This document shows positions 26,812-35,622 of a stretch of 40,022 nt of DNA, piece by piece. A model generated the notes under the pieces. That model was given only the letters and a program-made list of their open reading frames with translations, was not told the DNA's origin and did not search any database. Where the stretch lies: the IMG/VR virus record IMGVR_UViG_3300027769_000060, positions 1-40,022 of that record. The stretch is one strand, 5' to 3'. This DNA is from a virus. Lineage: Duplodnaviria > Caudoviricetes. A program made the position numbers and the translations under genes. Within the stretch, counting starts at the first letter, position 1. The number at the start of each line of letters is the position of its first letter.

Positions 26812-27171
26812 ATGATAGACGCATTAAGTGCTATTCAGTCATCAGGTGAAGAATTTAAAGTCGTTGAAAACAGATTGAGGTCTGTAGCAATCAACGCCGT
26901 CCGGGAAGCCCGCGTGGCTCTTGGTCGAGACGCCGACATTTGGCTTGATGCAGACGCGCAGACTGCGGATATATTATTTCATACGCTTGGCCAGTTACCC
27001 CGCGCCAAGGGCGATCCAGCATATGAAGCCATGCCGTTGGTTGCCAAAGAACAGCCAACGGTTCCCAAACTAGCCGAACTTGAATCGGCTTTGGCTAAAG
27101 AAATTTCAGCAGATTTTGTCGAACGCCCTGCCAAAGAGATTGAACCTCGCAAGGCGACCGTCAAAGCGTAA
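26812..27171 (+). CDS. Hypothetical protein, last gene of the late operon
   Basis: AGGAG RBS; 119 aa. Confidence 0.7.
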   Translation: MIDALSAIQSSGEEFKVVENRLRSVAINAVREARVALGRDADIWLDADAQTADILFHTLGQLPRAKGDPAYEAMPLVAKEQPTVPKLAELESALAKEISADFVERPAKEIEPRKATVKA

Positions 27172-27194
27172 CGCCAACCTCCCTGGCGAACTTG

Positions 27195-27225
27195 GCCCGT
27201 CAATCGAAAGGTTGGCGGGTTCTTT
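27195..27225 (+). terminator. Terminator between convergent late operon and integrase
   Basis: GCCCGTCAATC-GAAA-GGTTGGCGGGT (several G-U pairs) followed by TCTTT. Confidence 0.65.
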
Positions 27226-28327
27226 ATGTGAAAGACGGCATTTTCATTTGACTGGCGATCTTGTCCGCGGCTTTGGTTGCTGCTGCAACACCAGCGTCTT
27301 TGACTAGATGGGCGTATCGCTTTGTCGTTTGCGCCGACTTATGGCCTAGCAATTCTCCTATTTCCGTAAGGGACAAGCCTGCCGATAAGGCGGCGGACGC
27401 GAAGCTGTGTCGCAAATCGTGCAGGCGCAAATCGTGGCACCCGACTTCAGCCCGAACTTTGTCCCATAGCCGCTTCGGGCTTTTTATTCCGGTGATTGTG
27501 CCGTTTGTTTTCGGAAGCCTATCCATTACTTCAATGGCCTGGGGCGGAAGGTGGACAGTCTTTTTGCCCGTCTTTGAATCTGGCAATTCAATAATGTCGC
27601 CGTTCACCCATGACCATTTAGCCCCGGCAATTTCTCCGCAGCGCGCGCCTGTCAGGATTAAAAGATAAACAAAAGCGACGGATGCAGGATGATTGATGGC
27701 TTCTTTCTGAAGAACCTCCGCGATCTTGTGGGCTTCATCCCCTTCCATGTATCGACGCCGCGCGACTTCCTTGTATCTGGACACGCCTTTGACGGGGTTC
27801 TTGTCAGTCCATTCGAGAGGACGATGGGCAAAATTGAACATCTTGGACATTAAGGCCAAGGTTCTGTTTGCGACCACGGGGCTTTTTTCCATGGCCACAG
27901 CCATGGCCGAAACGTCTGAATAACTGATGTCAGCCAATTTCTTTTTGGCGAAACGCGGTTTGATGTTTCGATTGTAAAGGCTCTTGTCCTCGCTGCCTGA
28001 CTTTTTCTTTTTGCCGTGGTTGTCCCAATATTGAACCCAAAGATCGGCCATGGTTGGGGCCTCAATTTTGACCTTTATTTCCCCGGCAGGGTCCTTCCCG
28101 TCCGCCACCTCGGCCAGCCACTTGCGCGCCATGTCGCGGGCTTGGGTCAGGGTTATGGTTCCATAGTCCCCTAGCTTGGGACGGCGCTCCAATCCGCCCT
28201 TGGTGCGGTAATAAAGGTAGAAAGTTTTGTTGTCAGTAAAGGCGCGAAGGTGCAGTCCTTTTAGGGAAGCGTCCCTAAGAACGTCACCCCTCCGAGCGGC
28301 TTTTATGGCTTTTTCGTTTAATTCCAT
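27224..28327 (-). CDS. int: Tyrosine integrase with N-terminal arm-binding domain
   Basis: TGARCGE (R), HDLRHSFAS (HxxR), LLGH..TTKRY catalytic set; start more likely ATG 28327 than 28351. Confidence 0.95.
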   Translation of the reverse strand: MELNEKAIKAARRGDVLRDASLKGLHLRAFTDNKTFYLYYRTKGGLERRPKLGDYGTITLTQARDMARKWLAEVADGKDPAGEIKVKIEAPTMADLWVQYWDNHGKKKKSGSEDKSLYNRNIKPRFAKKKLADISYSDVSAMAVAMEKSPVVANRTLALMSKMFNFAHRPLEWTDKNPVKGVSRYKEVARRRYMEGDEAHKIAEVLQKEAINHPASVAFVYLLILTGARCGEIAGAKWSWVNGDIIELPDSKTGKKTVHLPPQAIEVMDRLPKTNGTITGIKSPKRLWDKVRAEVGCHDLRLHDLRHSFASAALSAGLSLTEIGELLGHKSAQTTKRYAHLVKDAGVAAATKAADKIASQMKMPSFT

Positions 28328-28339
28328 TTTCTCAATACT

Positions 28340-28603
28340 CGCTGGTCGCACATAGGTCGCACAGACCTGTGAATGGGCCTGATTTCGCGTGATTGCGTGT
28401 TACAATAAAATAGCGTAACATCATGTAATAATGATGTTGCGTGATCCTACGTTGATAGGAATTATTATGTCAAGCCAGTTTTGTAATCAGTAGGTCGGAG
28501 GTTCGAATCCCTCAATCGGCACCATTTAAATTCAACGACTTATACATACAAAAAAATTTATCCACAACCACCAAAAATGGCCGCTGGTCGCATACTGGTC
28601 GCA
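28340..28603. mobile_element. attP: attP region: tRNA core flanked by paired arm-type repeats and an IHF-like site
   Basis: GGTCGCA at 28344, 28355, 28586, 28597 (two pairs, 11-bp period); ATTCAACGACTTA at 28530-28542. Confidence 0.85.
28480..28524 (+). other. 3' half of tRNA-Thr(UGU), att core/identity block
   Basis: TT-TGT-AA anticodon loop, TCAGT, AGGTC, GGAGG-TTCGAAT-CCCTC, AATCGGC-A-CCA; no 5' half present. Confidence 0.88.
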
Positions 28604-28610
28604 AATCGTT

Positions 28611-29270
28611 TTACGAATAGTCCCCACCCTTTTCAAGAATCGACCGACAAGGGGGTATCCAAATCAGGCGGGTATCCTTCACACCCACTACCCACACCAA
28701 CCAACAGTAAGCGGTTGCTGTGGACGCTTTCGGATCGACCTTCCCCTGAAGCATCGGGACGCGCTCAACGAACTGAGCGACATAGGACGGCGGGTGGATG
28801 CTGAAGATTTTCTTATAGCGGCGGTTGCTCTCAAGAATGCCCGTTCGGCACAGCATCGCCACTACCCGCGTCCCCGGCACAAACATTGATCTTTTGATGA
28901 ACTTCTCTGCCTTAGAAAACGGGGGGTTAGTGATCACCATATCTACATCGTTGGTTCCGATGCAGTTCGGCATCATGGTCGATATGTAATCCCACTCTTG
29001 TTGCTGGCCCTGCCATCCATAATTGACAACATCGGTTGCATAGACCGTCTTAAAATACTCAGACAGAGGCTTGGCCATATAGCCGCGATTACAAGCTGGC
29101 TCCCAAACACTCATTTGATGAAGGTCTGTCAGGCCAACCGCTTTCTTGAGAACCTGTTCTATCAAGGCCCTGGTCGCCCATGGCGGCGTTGGAAAATCGT
29201 CAATCTTTGAGAGTAACGGATTACGCTGCGCCATTACGGCATGAGATGTGTTCTGAAGTAGTTGCGTCAT
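28611..29270 (-). CDS. Orphan N6-adenine (or N4-C) DNA methyltransferase
   Basis: DDFPTPPWAT, WEPACNRG (motif I), ITNPPF (motif IV). Confidence 0.88.
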   Translation of the reverse strand: MTQLLQNTSHAVMAQRNPLLSKIDDFPTPPWATRALIEQVLKKAVGLTDLHQMSVWEPACNRGYMAKPLSEYFKTVYATDVVNYGWQGQQQEWDYISTMMPNCIGTNDVDMVITNPPFSKAEKFIKRSMFVPGTRVVAMLCRTGILESNRRYKKIFSIHPPSYVAQFVERVPMLQGKVDPKASTATAYCWLVWVVGVKDTRLIWIPPCRSILEKGGDYS

Positions 29271-29401
29271 TTGTATGCTTCTATGATTTTCGCAACAGCG
29301 CGGGCCATAGTTAAGGCGTCTTCAAACGTAATGTTAGAAAACTGCGGAGAAGATCGGTAAATAGCCATCGCTATTGTGTAGATAAGTTCTTCTTCGTTCA
29401 T
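29267..29401 (-). CDS. Hypothetical protein (44 aa; not in ORF track)
   Basis: MNEEELIYTIAMAIYRSSPQFSNITFEDALTMARAVAKIIEAYK*; ATGA-coupled on both sides. Confidence 0.65.
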   Translation of the reverse strand: MNEEELIYTIAMAIYRSSPQFSNITFEDALTMARAVAKIIEAYK

Positions 29402-29595
29402 TCCCCCGCCTCCAATTTATGCCTTATGATGTGCATTCGTTGCGCAAGCGTCTTCATTTCGATCTTTAAGTCTTCAGCCATTTGCTTTCGCGTCATGCCT
29501 TTCTCGGCAAGAGCAAGCGTCTTTTTCTCAGTTGGCGTTAATCTATTATCTGATCCGTAACGCCTAAAATGAGTAATAGAACTAGGTTTTGTCAT
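29398..29595 (-). CDS. Small LuxR/sigma region 4-like HTH protein
   Basis: LTPTEKKTLALAEKGMTRKQMAEDLKIEMKTL..HIIRHKL. Confidence 0.75.
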   Translation of the reverse strand: MTKPSSITHFRRYGSDNRLTPTEKKTLALAEKGMTRKQMAEDLKIEMKTLAQRMHIIRHKLEAGE

Positions 29596-29800
29596 GGGGA
29601 ACGCCTTTCGGTTTTTCGGCAGTTGATGATCTCAACATGCGGCGTTCGAATTCATCTATCTCTGAAACAGGATAATAAATTTTGTTTCCGTATTTCATAT
29701 AACGAGGACCGTTACCGTGGACGCGCCAGTTAGCTAACGTGCCAGTCGTTACTTTTAATCTTTCTGCCGTTTCGTGTGGTGTAAGACTTAATGTTCCCAT
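29582..29800 (-). CDS. Excisionase-like winged HTH (recombination directionality factor candidate)
   Basis: LTPHETAERLKVTTGTLANWRVHGNGPRYMKYGNKIYY. Confidence 0.8.
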   Translation of the reverse strand: MGTLSLTPHETAERLKVTTGTLANWRVHGNGPRYMKYGNKIYYPVSEIDEFERRMLRSSTAEKPKGVPHDKT

Positions 29801-31932
29801 TTGATTTCATGCCCCATGTGTTTGTTAAATGCTTCCCTTAATTGATCAATGTCCGGCAGTTCCACTCTGTAAGTGGAATCCGTTGGTTCATTTTTGCCCC
29901 TTGAAACTTTGGTCTTTTCGTAATGGGGACAAAACTTTTTAAAGGCTTTGAAGAAACCGCTCTCATTCTTGATGCGGCTATTGACGTTTCTCGCTTTCAT
30001 GCGGCGCATGAATGCGTTCATCAATCTGTTGGACGGGATTTCTCTTGGTAAATCACCTTCGAAGTCTCCGCCAACAAGGCTGTTAGACATCAGGCACTCA
30101 TACCACCAGTCAGATATTGGCTCTAAAGACTCGACTTTTTGTTCAAACAACCCTTCAGTCTTTGGCGCATCATTCACATCAAATTTGCTGATGTCGTAAT
30201 CCATAAAATAGCGGAGAAGATTTCTATAACCGCCCTGCTCCATGCCAACGCGCATGGCTTTGAAGAATTCACGATCTTGAAGTCTCCCGTTTCCGACGTT
30301 GAAAACCGCGAAGCGGCGTTCATCTTGGGAAGCCGGGACAAGCCAATCTTCGTTGCCGATGATGGCGACACGGGTAAGGTTGTCCACGCGATATGGCTCT
30401 GCGCCTTTGCGTTCTATGTTGTGTTGCGAGCCAGTAATTAAGCCCTTTAATTTGCCTTCGGCGTGTTTGTCGCCAGCCCAACAGGCTTCGTCCAATACGA
30501 AAAAGAGACAGCTTTCTAGGTGGCTGTTAAAAGAGGACAGTAAATATCTTGAATCATCGGCTACTAAGAAATGCGGACCCAACAGCGAGCCGAAGCGCTC
30601 CAGCAATGCGTTCTTGCCCGTCCCTTTGTTACCTTTGAACACAAGCGCAACGAGTGGTTTTTCCCACGGTCTTTGAATTGCGTGGGCGAAATAAGCCATG
30701 AGCCAGCCAAATAATTTTTGATCGTTTGCGCACACGTTCGTAAGAGCGTGTTCAAGAAAAAGTCTGACTGATGGGTGTTCGCTGGTTTCGGCGGGTTCGA
30801 CGGTGAACCCACGCCAGAGATTAAACCAACGCGACCCCATGTCTTGACTCGGCGCGAATACAACCCCATCAAACTGTCTCCTGTCTTCCCATTCCATCCA
30901 TTCTTCTGAAACCGAGCGCGTCTTTTTGCCTATGGTGATTTTTTTATTCGCAAACCACTTATTGAATTCGAACGGGCTAAGATGATGCGTCGTATAACGA
31001 TGCTTATGATCCGTTGTTTCTTGAAGAATGAACGCGCCAGTTTTTATAAAACAGAAATCGCAGTTTAATTGATGGACGGGATGCGTTACCCCGTCATCCT
31101 CTACAGGCGGAAAAATAGCCTCTGGCGCGGCTGCGCCTTGAGGCTCCTTTCCGTATTTGAAAGCTGAATGAACAACCGCTTCCAACTCTTCAAGCGGCAG
31201 AGCGGGTTCGACATCCCAATGTTCCAACATTAACGAGAATGTCTGATCGACTGAACAGCCAAGGTCTTTTAATTTAACAGCGACACGATAGCCTGTATCG
31301 TTACGCGACCCTTGTTCTGTTGGCTCTAACGTGTTGAGATATTTAATTGCGCGTTGTTCGGCTTTTTCTGGATCTATGCCAGGAAGAACGATCTTTGCCT
31401 GTGGCGTTGCTTCAACGCTCTTGCCCAATCTGTTAATCAACCAATCCGGCGCTGGCTTTATGTTTGTAAAGTCTGCTACTAGAGCATACGGTTTACCGTC
31501 AATTTCGCTACCGGGAGCAACAATATAACCGCCATAGCTGCGAATATCTAAACCGTTGCCCAACACCTCGACGCCTTGCTTACAGGCATAAGTCGATTGA
31601 TAGATAAGATGCCGCCCGCCTGATGGCGTTGATTGCTCCATAGTTTTGGGAAATTCTTTGCCGTCCATGTCAAGCGACAAAAGCGTTTGACTGCCGTTCT
31701 TTCCTGCCTTGTCATCCACATCGACAACAACAAGCGCCTCATTATCTCTGAACTTTCCCGTATAAATACCAATGTTATAATTGCGCCCGCGCCACCAATC
31801 TTGAATTGTCACAGGATCGCGTGAAGCCTTATTCGGAAAGTCCATAATTAACGGTTTCTTGCCGTTCACTTCCAACGGAAAGACATAGAAACCGTCGCGG
31901 GACAGTTGTATCGCTGCGTCTTCTTTCTTCAT
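29788..31932 (-). CDS. Bifunctional prim-pol primase fused to PriCT and SF3-like (DUF5906) helicase
   Basis: VFPL..GKKP, VVVDVDDK, TPSGGRHL, GGYIVAPGS; GSRND; Walker A GNKGTGKN, VLDEA, ERRF. Confidence 0.9.
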   Translation of the reverse strand: MKKEDAAIQLSRDGFYVFPLEVNGKKPLIMDFPNKASRDPVTIQDWWRGRNYNIGIYTGKFRDNEALVVVDVDDKAGKNGSQTLLSLDMDGKEFPKTMEQSTPSGGRHLIYQSTYACKQGVEVLGNGLDIRSYGGYIVAPGSEIDGKPYALVADFTNIKPAPDWLINRLGKSVEATPQAKIVLPGIDPEKAEQRAIKYLNTLEPTEQGSRNDTGYRVAVKLKDLGCSVDQTFSLMLEHWDVEPALPLEELEAVVHSAFKYGKEPQGAAAPEAIFPPVEDDGVTHPVHQLNCDFCFIKTGAFILQETTDHKHRYTTHHLSPFEFNKWFANKKITIGKKTRSVSEEWMEWEDRRQFDGVVFAPSQDMGSRWFNLWRGFTVEPAETSEHPSVRLFLEHALTNVCANDQKLFGWLMAYFAHAIQRPWEKPLVALVFKGNKGTGKNALLERFGSLLGPHFLVADDSRYLLSSFNSHLESCLFFVLDEACWAGDKHAEGKLKGLITGSQHNIERKGAEPYRVDNLTRVAIIGNEDWLVPASQDERRFAVFNVGNGRLQDREFFKAMRVGMEQGGYRNLLRYFMDYDISKFDVNDAPKTEGLFEQKVESLEPISDWWYECLMSNSLVGGDFEGDLPREIPSNRLMNAFMRRMKARNVNSRIKNESGFFKAFKKFCPHYEKTKVSRGKNEPTDSTYRVELPDIDQLREAFNKHMGHEIKWEH

Positions 31933-33893
31933 TTTCTATATCGTTTCCCACGCCATCCTTCGGCTGCGAGAGGCAAGCCCTCGGCCCAATCGGGAATGAC
32001 GGCCATAAGTTCTTCAACTTCATTGATTGCGGATGGCGGCGCTGCTTCTGGTATTTCAACGACAGCTTCATCGTGCGCGTGAAATACGACAGGATAGCCA
32101 GCTTCCTCCAAACGGATTAACGCGCCACGCAACAAACAAGCGGCTGCACCTTGCGTTACGTTTTCGCAAAGCAAGCCGCCGTAGCCGGATATTTTCGTCC
32201 AATTAGAACCAAATGATGTGTAGTAAAAAAGTGTTGGGCGGAGTTCGCCCCACTTTGTTTCTGTGTCTCTGACTGTGGCAAACGGGTAACAAATCTTCCG
32301 CTTGCTCGGCAGTTGGCAGATTAGGATTGATCCGTCTTTCTTAAAACGAATTTCTCGACCATGCGCCCCGGCAGTAAATACCTTACCTTCGTAAACGACA
32401 GCATTGATGGCGGCGTGTTCGAGGTCATGCCAAAAGGAAACGATATTCTTATGGCTGTTGCGCCATGCTTTTTTAATTCTTTCAGCGCGAGTGTCTTCTA
32501 CTTGGACGCCGTAGATATTAGCCATTGATTGAAACGCGCCGACACCGCCTTGGTAGCCAAGCGCGAGAACCGCGACTTTGCCAATCTGCCGTTCGTCTTT
32601 TGTAATTTCTTCAATCGGTTTATTGAAAATGCCCGCTGCGGCGTGTTCATATATTTTCCCATGCGTTTTAAAAATATCTAAGACAGCCTCTTCGCCCGCA
32701 AGCCATGCTAAGACACGGGCTTCAACGGCGCTGAAATCCATAGCGATTAATTCATGCCCCGGCGCGGCTGTTATCATGCCCCGCACACAATCGGCCATGG
32801 CGTCCATGACAGGGCCATGCATCAAATCAATGTAATTAATGTCGTCCAAATGGACGAACATATCTTCAATGTCAGATTGCTTAATACCGATACGAGGGCG
32901 GCTTAGATTTTGCGGCTGGATACCTCGGCCACTCCATCGGCCAGTTGAAGCGCCATGAAACTGCATCGTTGCGCGAACGCGGCCATCATCCCCGGCGCGC
33001 TCCCGCATTGCAGTTAGTTTTGCGGTCGATGTTTTTGCGCCTTCTTTTCGCAAAGCCAGAGCTTGCTGCACAGCGGACGGCAAATTCCCTTCGAGGGCAT
33101 CGAGGACGTTTCGTTTAGAAAGCCCATCAATAGCAACTCCCTGTTGTCTGATCCATTGGACAAGCAGTTGCACTTCTGTTGTTTTGGCAACGACCCCGCC
33201 TGTGAGTCGGAGCATGCTTGCGTTAAGTCGCTGATGTTCTTTTTCCACCAAGCGGATGGCTTTTTCGACAGACTCCAGATCAATTTGAATCCCCCGCTGA
33301 TTTATTTTGTAATCAAGCAACCACATATCCCGCTCTCTTGCGGATAGACGCATTTGGCGGCGATCAAGGTCACGCTCTACCTCAACGTCTTGGCGGCAAT
33401 AGTTGAATAGGATTTCAAACTTTGAAGGATCGTCTTCATATTTCCAGAAAAAGCCGTTATCCTTTGGGCGCGCAAGTTTAAGCATCATGCGACTGCCCTT
33501 AAGGTCTTTCTGATGTTCAACGCCTAAAGCGCGCGCTGACCCATCTAATGACCCAGGAATAGCCATGGCGTATGACTGCGCCATTGTGCATCGAACTTGC
33601 TCTGGCTTTAGTTCCGGCCAACCCATTTGCGGAACGCATATGTCGTTCCAGATATGCAATTCGAAGGGCGCATTATGAGCGACAAACTCCCCGCCATTAG
33701 CCACATGACGGAGTATGCGGTGATCAAGGGGGATTGTGTCTGTATGGAAATTGATTAAGTCGGACGGTTCACTATCGAAAGCAAATCCAAAGCAATGAAC
33801 GCCTGTCTCATGGTGACGGGCGTAAACATCCGCGCCGCATGTGCGCAAATCAACGCTTCCAAATGTTTCAAAGTCGCCGTAAAGGATGGACAT
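31929..33893 (-). CDS. Family A DNA polymerase with 3'-5' exonuclease
   Basis: ExoI DFET, ExoII AHNAPFE, ExoIII YCRQD, motif A DFSAVEAR, motif B RQIGKVAVLALGY, motif C HDE. Confidence 0.95.
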   Translation of the reverse strand: MSILYGDFETFGSVDLRTCGADVYARHHETGVHCFGFAFDSEPSDLINFHTDTIPLDHRILRHVANGGEFVAHNAPFELHIWNDICVPQMGWPELKPEQVRCTMAQSYAMAIPGSLDGSARALGVEHQKDLKGSRMMLKLARPKDNGFFWKYEDDPSKFEILFNYCRQDVEVERDLDRRQMRLSARERDMWLLDYKINQRGIQIDLESVEKAIRLVEKEHQRLNASMLRLTGGVVAKTTEVQLLVQWIRQQGVAIDGLSKRNVLDALEGNLPSAVQQALALRKEGAKTSTAKLTAMRERAGDDGRVRATMQFHGASTGRWSGRGIQPQNLSRPRIGIKQSDIEDMFVHLDDINYIDLMHGPVMDAMADCVRGMITAAPGHELIAMDFSAVEARVLAWLAGEEAVLDIFKTHGKIYEHAAAGIFNKPIEEITKDERQIGKVAVLALGYQGGVGAFQSMANIYGVQVEDTRAERIKKAWRNSHKNIVSFWHDLEHAAINAVVYEGKVFTAGAHGREIRFKKDGSILICQLPSKRKICYPFATVRDTETKWGELRPTLFYYTSFGSNWTKISGYGGLLCENVTQGAAACLLRGALIRLEEAGYPVVFHAHDEAVVEIPEAAPPSAINEVEELMAVIPDWAEGLPLAAEGWRGKRYRK

Positions 33894-33909
33894 AGTGGCT
33901 CACGAAAAT

Positions 33910-33931
33910 CGGGCGGCTTGATTGCCGCCCG
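33910..33931 (-). terminator. Hairpin/weak terminator between SSB and polymerase genes
   Basis: CGGGCGGC-ttgatt-GCCGCCCG followed by ATTTT on the - strand. Confidence 0.6.
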
Positions 33932-33950
33932 TGTTAGCATTAACGCAACG
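33932..33950 (-). promoter_or_regulatory. 19-bp motif copy CGTTGCGTTAATGCTAACA
   Basis: Intergenic, between the SSB stop and the hairpin. Confidence 0.6.
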
Positions 33951-33951
33951 C

Positions 33952-34506
33952 TCAAGACAAAATATCGTCGTCGTCGCTGTTTGATGGTTTCGTGAAACCT
34001 TCGAACGCCTTGTTAGCTGGTATGCGGCCAGAGCCAAGCGGGGAATCGTCTCGGACTTTCATTACGTTCTCAAGACCAAACGCCACACCCCGATTAGAAC
34101 TGACATCGTAAGCGTATGGACGAATTTGCGCTCTGAACCATGCGCCAGAATATACTTCTGTTTCGTCTATAATTTCCTGCAAGTTCTTATCCACAATGCC
34201 AGGGCGACGATCTTCATTGGCAGAGAATGTGCAAATGATAGCGTCGTCGTCCACGCCAGGGATAGGATTGTCCAAATCCGAATTCTTACGGAAAGGAAGG
34301 CGAATGTTCTTTGGCTGCGCATTTCCCCACTTCTCAGAAATGGCGGATTTTACAGCCGATTTCATTGCAGCGATGTCAGAATTTGGCGGAAAGACAGCGC
34401 GCATGCTGTATTTCTTTTTGCCTTCTGGATTTTCCCGCGGTGCAGTCGCGCGAAAGATACCGCAATAAGCAGCTTTAAACTCAGGTGTAATCAATTTATC
34501 ACTCAT
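33952..34506 (-). CDS. ssDNA-binding protein (DUF2815 / gp2.5-like)
   Basis: KKKYS, EVYSGAW, NRGVAFGLENV, acidic tail DDDDILS. Confidence 0.85.
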   Translation of the reverse strand: MSDKLITPEFKAAYCGIFRATAPRENPEGKKKYSMRAVFPPNSDIAAMKSAVKSAISEKWGNAQPKNIRLPFRKNSDLDNPIPGVDDDAIICTFSANEDRRPGIVDKNLQEIIDETEVYSGAWFRAQIRPYAYDVSSNRGVAFGLENVMKVRDDSPLGSGRIPANKAFEGFTKPSNSDDDDILS

Positions 34507-34521
34507 ATTTCGTGTCTCCTG

Positions 34522-35622
34522 TCACAAGTTCGCAAATGCTGTTGCTGCATCAACTTTAACCGCTGGACGCTTATCCGATTCATGGACTAGCGCGTGGCCC
34601 GAACTTTCTTTGACCGTCAGTTCGTCCAGCTTTCCACGTTCTTCCCGCGGCAATAGTTTCTCCAACGCTGCCGGGGAAATCAGTTTCTTTTCATAAAGAT
34701 CGAGCGCATGGCCTCCGAAAACGTCCTCAACCAAGCCTTCGTCACGCCATTTCCGGCGAGCGATTTTCTCAACCAACTTATGATTTGGAATATCAATCCC
34801 GCGTTCTGCTTCCTGGTATGCAAACTCTCTGACGTTTTTAATCCAGGCTTCAATCAGCGGCAGTTCTTCCAACGTCTCAGCCAAAGAAATCAGATTGTAA
34901 GGAAGTTGCGGAGTAAATACTTTCTTAGCCATAGCCGTAGCCTTTGCTTTCAATGCTGGACAAATCGCTGCGGCTTTGCACCAACGACAAGCCTTCTCGC
35001 TAGGATGCAGATAAGGCTCTAAATCGTTAGCTCTCTCAGCCTCTCGAACTAGCGCAACAGCGTCTTCAAGATCCGCGTTGAATTCCAATAGGTCGCTTAC
35101 ATCAAGTGTAATGCTTCTCACTGGCCCGTCAGGATGCGGACAACGAGGCTGAACGATGGTGCAGATAACTTGTTTGGCCTGATAGCCAAATGTCTTAAGC
35201 GCAGCCACGCCATAAATGGGAAGCTGCAATGTGTTATTCACATCAACTGCAACACCCTTCCCGCCTTTTAAATCTATAATCTCCAGCGTTTCAGTGTGCG
35301 GATTCCATACGGCGGCGTCTGTCGTTCCCCAAACGTCATCGTTTAATTTAACCCGCGTCTCAATATGAAGGACACAGCCAATTTCCACTCGGCTGCGGAC
35401 ATAATTGACATAGAAAACGATAGCTTCAAAAACTTCGTCCCCTATTCTTGTGATTTCCGTATCCCCTGAGAGCACCCCGGCTGCTACAGCATGCATCATT
35501 GTTCCTTCATCCGCGAAAAACGATGAAGGCGGATCAGGAATGTCTCTACTTAGCGGGACAGAGCCAGGGCAATGCTTCCATCTGTCCGCGCCAGAGGGCG
35601 AGAGTTTGGCGTGTTCGCTCAT
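34522..35622 (-). CDS. DUF2800-like PD-(D/E)XK (Cas4-like) nuclease
   Basis: HAKLSPSGADRWKHCPGS, EGTMMH, WGTTD..IIDLK, QLPIY, CRWCKAAAICP; start at ATG 35622. Confidence 0.88.
   Translation of the reverse strand: MSEHAKLSPSGADRWKHCPGSVPLSRDIPDPPSSFFADEGTMMHAVAAGVLSGDTEITRIGDEVFEAIVFYVNYVRSRVEIGCVLHIETRVKLNDDVWGTTDAAVWNPHTETLEIIDLKGGKGVAVDVNNTLQLPIYGVAALKTFGYQAKQVICTIVQPRCPHPDGPVRSITLDVSDLLEFNADLEDAVALVREAERANDLEPYLHPSEKACRWCKAAAICPALKAKATAMAKKVFTPQLPYNLISLAETLEELPLIEAWIKNVREFAYQEAERGIDIPNHKLVEKIARRKWRDEGLVEDVFGGHALDLYEKKLISPAALEKLLPREERGKLDELTVKESSGHALVHESDKRPAVKVDAATAFANL

Noticed and set aside
20799-27171. Diversity-generating retroelement, expected from the BPP-1-like virion genes
   Set aside because: No reverse transcriptase ORF and no TR/VR repeat pair seen
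28445-28524. Complete phage tRNA gene
   Set aside because: No 5' acceptor strand or D-arm, and the anticodon stem cannot pair (CCAGT vs TCAGT); it is an att core
28611-29270. Restriction-modification system
   Set aside because: No adjacent endonuclease; neighbours are small HTH and peptide genes
34522-35622. CRISPR-associated Cas4
   Set aside because: No cas1/cas2 or array; standard DUF2800-like gene beside SSB and PolA
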